From an uncultured Nitrospinota bacterium (lineage in GTDB: Bacteria > Tectomicrobia > Entotheonellia > J063 > CAVPRW01): a stretch of DNA of 64,000 bases. Where the stretch lies: NCBI GenBank assembly GCA_963707985.1, contig CAVPRW010000045.1, positions 256,001-320,000 on the forward strand, written 5' to 3'. The notes beneath the pieces are model-generated. The model was not told where the DNA came from. It saw only the letters and a program-made list of their open reading frames with translations, and did not search any database. Each line of letters begins with the position of its first letter. The stretch's first letter is position 1. Positions 23,099 to 32,935 of the stretch are shown piece by piece. The position numbers were made by a program, and so were the translations under genes.

Positions 23099-24055
23099 TC
23101 AGGCATAACGGATGCGCGGGTCTAACACGCCATAGACGATGTCTACCAGCAGATTGATCACCAGCACGAAGGCGGAGAATACGAACACTAACGCCTGGAT
23201 CGATGGGTAATCGCGATGAGTGATCGCATCCACCAGGAACCGGCCGATGCCGGGAATGGTAAATACAGTCTCGACCACAACAAGCCCGCCAAACAGGACC
23301 AGCAACTCAATCCCGATGATGGTGATCACGGGGAGCAAGGCATTCTTGAGTGCGTGCCTGAGCACCACGACGCGTTCCTGCACCCCCTTGGCACGGGCTG
23401 TGCGCACATAATCTTCGCGCAAGACCTCCAGAATGCTCGATCGCGTCATACGCGCTCCGATAGCAGACAGGCGATATCCTGTTACCAGAGCGGGGAAGGC
23501 CAGTTGCTTGAAATTCAGCCATGGGTCCACCCAAAACGGTGCGTAATCAAGCGGTGGGAGCCACTTGAAGTAGTGCACTAATCCAAGGATAACCAAGATT
23601 GCCAGCCAGAAACTTGGGATGGATAAGCCTGCGATGCTGAAAATACGCGCCGCATAATCGACCATCGTATCCTGGCGAACCGCAGACAGGACTCCGATTG
23701 GAATGGCAATCAGGGTTCCCAGAATGAGGCTGAGGAACGCCAGATTTGCGGTCATGGGATAGCGTCGTCCCAACTCCTCGATGACCGGTTGGCGCGTCCA
23801 GTAGGAATTGCCAAAATCAAACCGTAAGGCTTTCCAAATCCATTCGCCGTACTGCACAATCAGTGGCTGGTCGAGTCCAAGCTCGACCCTGATCCGCTGT
23901 AAGGCTTCTCGGTTCATCTCGCTGCTCTCGTCCGAGCCCAAGATGTACAGGGCCACATCGCCTGGCAGCATCCGCATGATCAAGAAGATCAAGGTGACTG
24001 CTCCCAAAAGCGTGGGGATCATCAGTAGAATTCGTCGTAGAATGTAGGTTCGCAT
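23099..24055 (-). CDS. Peptide/nickel ABC transporter permease (DppB/OppB type)
   Basis: LPGD, GLSIPSFW, DYVRTARAKG, HALKNA, DPRIR. Confidence 0.93.
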   Translation of the reverse strand: MRTYILRRILLMIPTLLGAVTLIFLIMRMLPGDVALYILGSDESSEMNREALQRIRVELGLDQPLIVQYGEWIWKALRFDFGNSYWTRQPVIEELGRRYPMTANLAFLSLILGTLIAIPIGVLSAVRQDTMVDYAARIFSIAGLSIPSFWLAILVILGLVHYFKWLPPLDYAPFWVDPWLNFKQLAFPALVTGYRLSAIGARMTRSSILEVLREDYVRTARAKGVQERVVVLRHALKNALLPVITIIGIELLVLFGGLVVVETVFTIPGIGRFLVDAITHRDYPSIQALVFVFSAFVLVINLLVDIVYGVLDPRIRYA

Positions 24056-24058
24056 AGC

Positions 24059-25708
24059 TCACATGCACCTGCCGCTTTGGCACCAAACCTGTTCGAATTT
24101 GCCGTAATTATACACTGTCGTACCCAAAAGTGGGGGCCAATTTCGCACCTGATTCCAGTAGCCCATAGACGATTTCCAGTAATAGCCGCGGTCGTCGGGA
24201 TGATCTTCGAGCAAGAGGCGCTCCATTTTCCGAGTAATTTCTGCCCGTTTCTCGACATCGAACACGCGACTCTGCTCGTCAAAGAGTTTGTCAAGTTCAG
24301 GATTGCAGTATTTCCCATGGTTAGACGGAGCATCACAGGTGAAACGCGCGTAGTATAAGTCGGGTTCATCCATATGGACCGACGCTGGCGCTGTGTATGC
24401 CTGGAAGTCGCTTTTGCGCTGCCGATCACTGTTAGCCGCGGTATCGAGGAGGGCAAGCTTGAGGTTGATGCCGACTTTTTTCAGATCATCTTGACGGGAT
24501 AATGCCCCCCGTTCATATAGAGGCCCCCGACGTAGCATCAATTCCACGTCCAGGCCTTTGGCGTATCCCGCCTCAGCGAGGAGGCGCTTGGCCTCAGCCT
24601 GGCGCTTCTGCATATCCGTTCCAAATTGCGGATACTTCTGCAATTCCTCCGCGGGCAAACCGTACGGTGTGTGCGGGCCGATAAAACCGCCTTGGACTCC
24701 CCAGCCCTCCACTGCAATCTCGATCATCTTCTCTCGATCGGTAGCCAATGCCACCGCTTGGCGCACGCGCACGTCGTTGAACGGTGGTTTGCTGACGTTC
24801 ATAACGAAGTTGTCCCACGTCGCTCGTGGGCCAATGGCGACCACTCCGTCAGGGAAATCGCGCTGCAGAATCTCGGCCTCTGGCCGTTCCAGATGGCGAC
24901 CGATGCCGGTCATGGTGAGCTGGCGAGCGCGGAAAGAAGCAAAGATCTTAGTTAAATCAGCCATGACGACAGCATGATAGCCATCGAGATATGGCAGTCC
25001 AGGCTTCCAATAATTAGGATTGCGTTCGGCTTGGAAATCCACCCCCGGAGTATAGGATTTGAACTTGAATGGACCCGTACCCACGAGAAATTTCGTGTCC
25101 TTGCGCTCAACGGTCTCGGCAATGCCCTGTTTCATCATCGCTGCATGTGCCCCCGACAGTAATGTCATCAGCGCTGCTGATGGGCGCTTGAGAGAGACAA
25201 CTAGCGTGAAGTCATCAGCGCATTTCGAAGAGTTGTACACGTCTTCAACAACGGTCACAAAGGTAGGATTGGTACGCTTCCGGTCCGCAAGTTTATCCAT
25301 ACTGTATTGTGCATCAGCGCAGGTAAATGCGCTGCCATCATGAAACATCACGCCCGTGTGCAGGAAAAATGTGATCTGCTTGCCGTCGTCTGTGATCTCC
25401 CAGCGTTCGGCTAGATCGCCGACGATCTTGCCATCATTGTAGGGGTCTTGGGTGACCAATCCGTTGTAGAGGGGAGCCACCGGCTGCGCCAGAATATAAG
25501 TCGTGTCGTAATGGATGTCGAAAGTCGGCATGCTCTCGTGTACAGCCCAAACAACAATGCCTCCCGTTTGAGGCTGCTCAGCGGCATGCAGAGCTGCAAA
25601 ACCGACAGGCATGAGTCCCAGCCCTATGATGAGCATACGTGATAAACTCAAGTGGCCGACCAGGTAGCGGCCTGGTTGGCAACGGTTATGGTATGAAATT
25701 TGGTGCAT
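24059..25708 (-). CDS. Family-5 (peptide/nickel) ABC substrate-binding protein
   Basis: LAERWEI, FHDGSAFT, VGTGPFKF, RNPNYWKPGLPYLD, DVRVRQA, AKRLLAEAGY; start uncertain. Confidence 0.9.
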   Translation of the reverse strand: MHQISYHNRCQPGRYLVGHLSLSRMLIIGLGLMPVGFAALHAAEQPQTGGIVVWAVHESMPTFDIHYDTTYILAQPVAPLYNGLVTQDPYNDGKIVGDLAERWEITDDGKQITFFLHTGVMFHDGSAFTCADAQYSMDKLADRKRTNPTFVTVVEDVYNSSKCADDFTLVVSLKRPSAALMTLLSGAHAAMMKQGIAETVERKDTKFLVGTGPFKFKSYTPGVDFQAERNPNYWKPGLPYLDGYHAVVMADLTKIFASFRARQLTMTGIGRHLERPEAEILQRDFPDGVVAIGPRATWDNFVMNVSKPPFNDVRVRQAVALATDREKMIEIAVEGWGVQGGFIGPHTPYGLPAEELQKYPQFGTDMQKRQAEAKRLLAEAGYAKGLDVELMLRRGPLYERGALSRQDDLKKVGINLKLALLDTAANSDRQRKSDFQAYTAPASVHMDEPDLYYARFTCDAPSNHGKYCNPELDKLFDEQSRVFDVEKRAEITRKMERLLLEDHPDDRGYYWKSSMGYWNQVRNWPPLLGTTVYNYGKFEQVWCQSGRCM

Positions 25709-25754
25709 AGGGCAGTTCTTTTCAGGAATTTCTGTACACCCTCCCCAACAGAGC

Positions 25755-26216
25755 TTACAGAACGACCTCAAGCACGGTATGAAACGTTTCCTCGAATGAG
25801 CGCTCCTCGATATCTGCGCCCGCATGTTCGCCCTGAACGTTGACCATACGCATATCAGAGCCCAATGGCAAGAGCGTCATATGCCAGGTGCCCAAATCGA
25901 TATTGACGCCGACACTCCCATCATTAATGAAGACTTTCACCTGTGTCAGATCCTCCGGACTGTTCAGATCCACTGTGGGTGGAGCCACCACCACCAGACA
26001 GGCTTTGCCGCCTAGGGGGATAAGTGCCTGGGTGCTCTTGATATGCCGGTAGAGGTGAGTAATGCGAAAAGGCTGGCATTTCACGGTGATAGTGCCCATG
26101 CAGAACCGGTCGTTGACAATCTTCATCTGCACCGTATCCATCCCGATGACCTGACCAAATGGGCGGTACGTGTCGGCGCTGAGGGGCTCGGCTTTGATCT
26201 GCAGGACTTTCGACAT
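25755..26216 (-). CDS. Ureidoglycolate lyase-like cupin
   Basis: AEPLSADTYRPFGQVI, RH-x2-STQALIPL, VVVAPP, GTWH. Confidence 0.7.
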   Translation of the reverse strand: MSKVLQIKAEPLSADTYRPFGQVIGMDTVQMKIVNDRFCMGTITVKCQPFRITHLYRHIKSTQALIPLGGKACLVVVAPPTVDLNSPEDLTQVKVFINDGSVGVNIDLGTWHMTLLPLGSDMRMVNVQGEHAGADIEERSFEETFHTVLEVVL

Positions 26217-26300
26217 GGCGGCGGTCCTCTTGGCTACCTGGTGCAGTGGGTGTTCGCGAGCAGTGTCTACTGAACCGTGTATTTGACTGTGGCCTGTCAA

Positions 26301-27272
26301 CTAGCGGTCCCCCTCGCGGTAACCTACCACCACCACCACGCTGGTACCTGGTAAAGTCGTCCGTGTGAGGTGTAAGGTCTTCTCGCTCATGGTCCGCACT
26401 GGCACCGTCTCCTTGATGAATTGGATGAAGAGCTGCGCATGCTCCGGAAAATCATAGTGCATGGGGAGCACAATCGCAGGTCGAAGTTGCGTGATCGTCA
26501 GGGCGATCTGGTCGAATGACAGTGTCCACTGCCCGTCGATCGGGATCATCAGGACATCCGGGCGGCCGAGGCGTTGCTGTTGTGCTTCGTTCAATGGCTG
26601 CCTGAGGTTGCCCAAATGTACAATGCACAGGCCTTCCGTGCGAAACACGAAAATCGTGTTCTGCACTGGGATGTTGATGGCATTGCCACCCGAGCTGGGC
26701 AGGCCTTTGATAGCAAGATCTCCGATGACGACGTTGACTTCGATCCATACTCCATCGGCTGTCCGGCCCCGCAGAACTTGGGCGCTACCGGGAATTGACC
26801 GCGCTTGATTATGGGTGAAGTGTTCATTACTGATAGTAATGATAGCTGGCGCCGTGGGGGATGTGTGCTGGGGGTGCGGGTCCGTTAGTGCTGTGGTGCC
26901 CCCAGGCGTGGTGATCAGGAAGCTGGAGTGTCCAAGCCACTGAATCGTTACCACACGCGCGAGCATGTCCAGGTTGGTGGCTGCCACCGCCATGGCGCGC
27001 CGGTTCGACGCAGGCCTGTGCACGAAGCCAGGCTCGCATAAACTCTCTGCTGCCATGACGATGTCGGCGAGCTTGAGGAATGCGAGGATAATCAGGCCGG
27101 CTAAGGGGAGGGAAGAGGTCCCATGTGCACGAGCAAGGTCTCCTGGCCGAGGTACATCTTTTAACGACCGATACCTTGCTCCTCTCCTCTTATACGCAAC
27201 AGGACGACGAGTACATGCCCTCAGTTCTTCTAGCTTCGCGATGACTACTCCTTCTATAGCATCGTATGCCAT
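26301..27272 (-). CDS. Metallo-beta-lactamase-fold protein with degenerate metal ligands (start uncertain)
   Basis: IQWLGHSSFLI, TDP, IVHLGNL, DVLMIPIDG, VLPMHY. Confidence 0.75.
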   Translation of the reverse strand: MAYDAIEGVVIAKLEELRACTRRPVAYKRRGARYRSLKDVPRPGDLARAHGTSSLPLAGLIILAFLKLADIVMAAESLCEPGFVHRPASNRRAMAVAATNLDMLARVVTIQWLGHSSFLITTPGGTTALTDPHPQHTSPTAPAIITISNEHFTHNQARSIPGSAQVLRGRTADGVWIEVNVVIGDLAIKGLPSSGGNAINIPVQNTIFVFRTEGLCIVHLGNLRQPLNEAQQQRLGRPDVLMIPIDGQWTLSFDQIALTITQLRPAIVLPMHYDFPEHAQLFIQFIKETVPVRTMSEKTLHLTRTTLPGTSVVVVVGYREGDR

Positions 27273-27383
27273 CCCGTCACCACCACATGTTCCTCCTCAA
27301 TATCGAAGGTACAGGTAGGAGCGTCCCCTCGATTACCATTTATCTATGGGTGATAGCCTACCGCAGGCTGAACAAGCTTTGTA

Positions 27384-27412
27384 AGCTTATAATTAAGCCC
27401 AGATGATGTCAA
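27384..27412 (-). promoter_or_regulatory. Putative sigma-70 promoter upstream of the MBL/cupin/ABC cluster
   Basis: Minus strand TTGACA, 17-nt spacer, TAAGCT in an AT-rich spacer. Confidence 0.5.
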
Positions 27413-27534
27413 GGCATCAACGATAGGTGCATACTCCGCAGCCGACCGGCGCATTCGCAACAACTCGTCATGCTCATCAGCGAGAATCTCGCCCCCCAGT
27501 ATCTCCCGTGCGCTCAGAGCTAATGGTGCTGCCG

Positions 27535-27873
27535 CTATGACTTGTCCGTTGCCGCTCGGTTGATCTGACGAATACGCGCGGCCTTCTCATTCCTCTCCTC
27601 GGTCAACTGGCGTTTTTCATCGATGAACTTGTCTCGAAGCTGTTCGAGCACCGGCGCAACCTCAGCCGGCGGGTAGTGCATCAACAGCTTTCGCATTTCG
27701 GTTTGGAGCATCACATCCTTTTCGGCGATTTTGGCGTCATACTCCCGTTCGACCTCGGCCAATTGCTCACGCTGGGCGTCGGAGAGGGCGAGGCCCTCAT
27801 CACGAATCGCTTTGCGAACGTGATCGGTGCGTTCGAGCGCTAACTCCAGAGCACTTTTCATACCTTCAGCCAT
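27535..27873 (-). CDS. Hypothetical helical/coiled-coil protein
   Basis: 112-aa ORF starting MAEGMKSALELALERT; AGGAGG RBS directly after the AAA gene. Confidence 0.75.
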   Translation of the reverse strand: MAEGMKSALELALERTDHVRKAIRDEGLALSDAQREQLAEVEREYDAKIAEKDVMLQTEMRKLLMHYPPAEVAPVLEQLRDKFIDEKRQLTEERNEKAARIRQINRAATDKS

Positions 27874-27888
27874 GATGAGAGCCTCCTT

Positions 27889-29454
27889 CTAGGGTCGAAA
27901 GATCCGGACGCGTCGCTGCGGCTCGGCTCCCCAGCTTTCCGAACGCAATCCGTACTTGGCGGCCAGGGCGTGCTGTATGCGCCGAATGTACCGCCGCTGC
28001 GGATACAGTTCGGCAGACTCATCGCCTGCCAGGACGCGATAGACACCCTCCTCAGCTTCTTGCACGGCTTTAAGCTCTTCGGAGGGACGTTGCTGTCGTG
28101 TCGGGAAGATATCGCGAAGTGTGCTCAAGATCTGAGCGTACGTATTGCTTTTTACCACATAGCAGGGGATGTTGGCGGTTAGTAATTCGTGCATGCGGCC
28201 TTCCTGACGGCGCGAGTGGGCCTTAAGGTATAGGATGGCATCGGCCTCACGAAAATCCCGTGTGAGGGTTGCCTCCACGCCTAATTCCTGGAGACCCCGT
28301 TCAATGCGACGGCGGTCGACACCGTATGGGTACAAGCGCATCTTCTGTGGCGAGGGAGCGGCAGTTTCCTGGGCGACGGCTGGCGGTTGAAGGTCCACAG
28401 GTGCTGCAGCCACCAATTCTGGAGTGTCCTGTGTTGGCCGAATGACCTCGATGGTGCCCTCGGGTGTCTGAATGCGGATCTCTGGTTTGGGTGCCATGCC
28501 GCGCAAGGTTTGGTCCACTGCCGCAGCGACCTCATGGTGCACGGCCAGCTTCTCGACTTCGAGGATTTCGATCACGACCTCGAAGGTGGGTGGTGCCTTG
28601 CGTTCCAGCACGGTCTTCTGCGTCCTACGGCGGCGGGCCTCTTCGTCGCTCAGAGTGACCGCCTGAATACCGCCGATGATATCCGACAGGGTGGGATTCA
28701 ACAGCAGGCGATCAAGTGTATTACCGTGGGCGGTTGCTACCAGTTGCACGCCACGCTCAGCGATCGTGCGGGCCGCGAAGGCATCCTCCTGGGTGCCGAT
28801 CTCATCGATCACGATCACCTCTGGCATGTGATTTTCCACTGCCTCGATCATCACCGCGTGCTGCAGCTCTGGGGCAGGCACTTGCATTCGACGCGCCCGA
28901 CCGATGCCTGGATGGGGAATATCTCCATCGCCCGCGATTTCATTGGATGTATCGACAACGATCACCCGCTTTCCAAACTCTTCGCTCAGAACACGTGCCA
29001 CCTCTCGACATTTGGTCGTTTTGCCTACGCCAGGCCGACCCAGCAGCAGAACGCTTTTGCCGCTTTCGATCACATCACGGATGATATCGATGGTACCATA
29101 CACTGCGCGCCCGACCCGGCAGGTCAGCCCGACGATAGCCCCACGACGATTCCGGATCGCCGAGATGCGGTGCAGCGTGCGCTCGATCCCCGCCCGATTA
29201 TCCTTGCCAAAGGCTCCCACCCGACGCGTGACGTATTCCAGATCCTCTGGTGTAGCCAAACGAGCGGGCATCACCTGGGACTTGCCGGGATAGCGTGCCT
29301 CAGGAGCACGGCCGAGATCGCAGATGATTTCAAGGAGATTCTCGATCTCATTATGGCGCTCTATCCACTCGCGGATATCCGGTGGGAGAATATCGAGCAA
29401 TAAATCGATATCGTCTGTCACCGATTTATGCTGGCTCGCATGGGGTGTGGTCAT
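27889..29454 (-). CDS. SpoIIIAA/Ycf45-like AAA ATPase with C-terminal R3H domain
   Basis: GIERTLHRIS, GRPGVGKT, VVDTSNEI, IVIDEIG, ATAHG, C-terminal IRRIQH (R-x3-H). Confidence 0.88.
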   Translation of the reverse strand: MTTPHASQHKSVTDDIDLLLDILPPDIREWIERHNEIENLLEIICDLGRAPEARYPGKSQVMPARLATPEDLEYVTRRVGAFGKDNRAGIERTLHRISAIRNRRGAIVGLTCRVGRAVYGTIDIIRDVIESGKSVLLLGRPGVGKTTKCREVARVLSEEFGKRVIVVDTSNEIAGDGDIPHPGIGRARRMQVPAPELQHAVMIEAVENHMPEVIVIDEIGTQEDAFAARTIAERGVQLVATAHGNTLDRLLLNPTLSDIIGGIQAVTLSDEEARRRRTQKTVLERKAPPTFEVVIEILEVEKLAVHHEVAAAVDQTLRGMAPKPEIRIQTPEGTIEVIRPTQDTPELVAAAPVDLQPPAVAQETAAPSPQKMRLYPYGVDRRRIERGLQELGVEATLTRDFREADAILYLKAHSRRQEGRMHELLTANIPCYVVKSNTYAQILSTLRDIFPTRQQRPSEELKAVQEAEEGVYRVLAGDESAELYPQRRYIRRIQHALAAKYGLRSESWGAEPQRRVRIFRP

Positions 29455-29789
29455 GAACCATCTCCAGGTCCAGCCGGGCCCCATTCGTCGACGTCGCGTT
29501 GGCTGGGCCGCGGGAAAAGCCCCTTGGAAACGGGGCAAGTTTTCCGTATACTAAAGCTCCCTTCACGGTTTCTGCTGCCCGTGCCAGCCAGACGTCACCG
29601 ATCGATTGCCCCAGCGCAGGGGCGGCATGTATCGGGGACGAGGCTGCCGCAGATGATGAGCCGCGCTGTGGAACGGCTAGGGAAGGGAATCGGCATCGTC
29701 GGACTCCCCCATGACTTTGACCAGTCGCGGCGCCATGTCACGACACCGCAACCGGTCAATCCCCTGCATCACGGGACCGGGCACCTCAT

Positions 29790-30497
29790 ATGCTCGATCG
29801 AGAAAAGCTGGTCGAGGCTTTCCAAATTCTCCGTACCAAGCTCCTCCGCCTGGCCATTCTTCTCGGGGTGTTGACCGCTCTAGGCTACTGGCAGGCCCCT
29901 TGGATCGCAACCCTTTTACAGCAGCCCAGTGAGGTGGCTTTGGTCTACTATGCCCCCGGGGAGGCCTTCCTGACTAATGTGAAGCTAGGATTTTACGCGG
30001 CTGTTTTCGTCCTCGCACCGGTCATCTTTTTCCTCGTCTGGGATGCCTTCGCGTTTTATGTTACCCCCTACAGCCGGCGTTATGCCGTGCCTGTTGTGGT
30101 CGCCGCCTCAGCTTTGTTCATCGGCGGAGCCTATCTCTGCTATGCCTTGGTCCTGCCCTTTGGCTTGACCTTCCTGATGGGTTTCGGTGGTGAGGTGGCC
30201 GAGCCGCAACTCTCAGTCGATCGGTATTTTTCTTTCGTGCTGATGATGTCCTTCGCCTTCGGCGTCTTCTTCGAGATGCCGCTGATCATGCTGCTCCTGG
30301 GCAAGGCAGGCATTGTCAACGCGCCCATGCTCAGCCGCTATAGGCGTTACGCCATCCTGGCCATCGTCACCGCCGCGGCCATTATTACCCCAACTACCGA
30401 TGCATACACACTTGCCCTCCTAGCGGGCCCACTGATGATTCTGTATGAAGTCAGCATTGCCCTCGTGCGCTGGTTCGGCAAAGGCGCACAATCATAG
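29790..30497 (+). CDS. tatC: Twin-arginine translocase subunit TatC
   Basis: Six hydrophobic segments, PGEAF, FGVFFEMP, RYRRYAIL, AIITPTTD, PLMILYEVSI. Confidence 0.88.
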   Translation: MLDREKLVEAFQILRTKLLRLAILLGVLTALGYWQAPWIATLLQQPSEVALVYYAPGEAFLTNVKLGFYAAVFVLAPVIFFLVWDAFAFYVTPYSRRYAVPVVVAASALFIGGAYLCYALVLPFGLTFLMGFGGEVAEPQLSVDRYFSFVLMMSFAFGVFFEMPLIMLLLGKAGIVNAPMLSRYRRYAILAIVTAAAIITPTTDAYTLALLAGPLMILYEVSIALVRWFGKGAQS

Positions 30498-30532
30498 ATT
30501 GCCGCCTTCGTCGTCGAAGACGCCTGATGAGG

Positions 30533-32599
30533 CTATATGAACAATGGTGCCATGACCAGGGTAATGGTACTGAGTAATTTGATCAAGACATGTAGCGAGG
30601 GCCCAGCGGTGTCCTTGAAGGGATCACCGACGGTGTCACCCACCACGGCGGCTTTATGTGTCTCCGAACCCTTGCCCCCATAGACGCCGCTTTCGATGTA
30701 TTTCTTGGCATTGTCCCATGCCCCTCCACTGTTATTCATCAGCGTGGCCATCAGAATGCCGGTTATGGTGCCCACCATGAGCAGGGCTGCCACTGCCTCC
30801 GCTCGTAGGAGCAGGCCAACCGCGACCGGCATGCCTACCGCGAGCAGCCCAGGCATGACCATTTCACGCAATGCCCCGGCCGTCACGATATCGACACAAC
30901 GCGCATAATCGGGTTTCATCTCTCCGCGCATGATTCCGGCGTTTTCTCGGAACTGGCGCCGCACCTCATTGATCACATAATATGCTGCGCGCCCAACCGC
31001 TCGAATTGCCAGGGCACTGAACAGAAACACCAGCATCGCCCCTAAGAGGCCACCGATGAACACCTGTATCTTGGCCAGGTTCACAACGGCGAAGACGTGC
31101 CCTGTCAGGGTGCTCACTTCGTCCATATACGCGGAGAACAGCAAAAAGGCCGCCAGGGCTGCGCTGCCGATGGCGTACCCCTTGGTCAACGCCTTGGTGG
31201 TGTTGCCGACGGCATCCAGCCGATCGGTTTTCTTGCGCACCTCCTCATCCGACTGGGACATTTCGATGATGCCACCAGCGTTGTCGGTGATGGGGCCAAA
31301 CGTATCCATGGCCAGAATATAGCCACAGGTGGCCAACATGCCCATGGTCGCCAGCGCCGTGCCGTAGAGCCCACCAACGGGATGTCCTTGCACATCCGTT
31401 ACCCCACTCCAAATGCCACAATAGTAGGAAAACACCAGCGCCACGGAGATCAGCAATGTGGGCAACGCAGTGCATTCGAGCCCCACGGCGAAGCCGGTGA
31501 TAATCGTGGTGGCCGGACCAGTCTGCGAGGATTCGGCAATAGAGCGCACCGGACGGTAGCGATAGTCCGTATAGTATTGGGTGATGTACACAAAGAGCAG
31601 GCTGGTGATGATGCCGGTCAGCCCTGCCAGGAAGAACCAAAACCAGTAGTTCCCCAACATCTGCCAGGTGGCCAACAAGAACCCAACGGTGGCTAAACCG
31701 GTGGCAACATAGTAACCGCGGTTCAGCGATGCCATAGGATCTTCATCCTCCGCCCCGCGTACCGTCATGATGCCGATAATGCTGGCGATCAAACCCAGGG
31801 CGCGCGCCACCAGCGGCAACATGATCCCCTGAATGCCAAATGTGGGAAATAACGCCACTCCGAGGATCATGGCACCAATGTTCTCAGCCGCGGTGGATTC
31901 AAACAGATCGGCGCCGCGCCCGGCGCAATCACCGACGTTGTCGCCCACCAGATCGGCGATCACCGCCGGATTGCGGGGATCGTCTTCAGGGATGCCAGCT
32001 TCGACTTTGCCCACCAAGTCCGCTCCAACGTCGGCGGCTTTGGTATAAATGCCACCCCCCAACTGAGCGAATAAGGCCACAAAGCTCGCACCAAAACCGT
32101 AGCCGACAATCAGAAAAGGAACGTTCTTTGGATCACTCATGCCACCATACAGGTAAAATAACCCTCCGACCCCGAGCAAGCTTAAAGCGACGACCGTCAC
32201 ACCTGAGACGGCCCCGCCACGCAGGGCGATCACCAGGGCTTGACCGATGCTAGTGCGGGCAGCGTTGGCCGTGCGGACGTTGGCACGAATTGAGATGTAC
32301 ATCCCGATATACCCCGAGAGCGCCGAGCAGACCGCCCCCAACACGAAGGCAAACGTCATCTTGAGGCTGGTGTCCCAGTCTTTCAAGAACCCATAGAGGA
32401 TAAACATCAACACCGCTAAACCTAGGGTCATCAGACCAATGGTCCGGTACTGCCGTTTCAAGAATGCCTCCGCACCTTCCCGAATAGCTGCCGCAATCTG
32501 TTGCATCTCGGCCGTTCCAGTGCCTTGCTGCAAAACATATTTGGCCAGATACCCTGCGAAGATGAGGGCAACGACGCTGACCACGAAACTGAACACCAT
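30533..32599 (-). CDS. hppA: Membrane-bound pyrophosphatase, K+-independent H+-PPase type
   Basis: [46 protein letters not shown] (Lys at the K+-determining site), [10 protein letters not shown]. Confidence 0.95.
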   Translation of the reverse strand: MVFSFVVSVVALIFAGYLAKYVLQQGTGTAEMQQIAAAIREGAEAFLKRQYRTIGLMTLGLAVLMFILYGFLKDWDTSLKMTFAFVLGAVCSALSGYIGMYISIRANVRTANAARTSIGQALVIALRGGAVSGVTVVALSLLGVGGLFYLYGGMSDPKNVPFLIVGYGFGASFVALFAQLGGGIYTKAADVGADLVGKVEAGIPEDDPRNPAVIADLVGDNVGDCAGRGADLFESTAAENIGAMILGVALFPTFGIQGIMLPLVARALGLIASIIGIMTVRGAEDEDPMASLNRGYYVATGLATVGFLLATWQMLGNYWFWFFLAGLTGIITSLLFVYITQYYTDYRYRPVRSIAESSQTGPATTIITGFAVGLECTALPTLLISVALVFSYYCGIWSGVTDVQGHPVGGLYGTALATMGMLATCGYILAMDTFGPITDNAGGIIEMSQSDEEVRKKTDRLDAVGNTTKALTKGYAIGSAALAAFLLFSAYMDEVSTLTGHVFAVVNLAKIQVFIGGLLGAMLVFLFSALAIRAVGRAAYYVINEVRRQFRENAGIMRGEMKPDYARCVDIVTAGALREMVMPGLLAVGMPVAVGLLLRAEAVAALLMVGTITGILMATLMNNSGGAWDNAKKYIESGVYGGKGSETHKAAVVGDTVGDPFKDTAGPSLHVLIKLLSTITLVMAPLFI

Positions 32600-32935
32600 A
32601 CAATTTCCCCTTTCATGTTGGCTCAGGATACCGTGGCTCCCGGTGGGATGAGTCATGAGCTAGATCATGCTTGTCGTTCGGAATCTGCGAGCCACACAGG
32701 CCTGCGGGCGATCAGCTCATATCTCTCCTTTCGCACCAATCTGTCATGGCCCTGACTGCTCTCGTCATAACCAGCGCAAGCGAGGGTCGGAGAGGGCTAA
32801 AAGGGCTTATATAAATACAAAATGGTTGATACGGAGAGGGGAAGTACGCGGCGATTGTTAAGGCAAGAACGATGTCGGGTGCTCGAGCGTTGCCCACTCC
32901 AGGCCCTTTCTCCTGTCTACGGGGGAGCGTGCCGG

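Noticed and set aside
28387..29403. Long antisense ORFs (also 681-1586, 39839-40564, 44762-45445, 56225-57076)
   Set aside because: They are shadow frames of well-supported genes in GC-rich DNA and carry no recognisable motifs.
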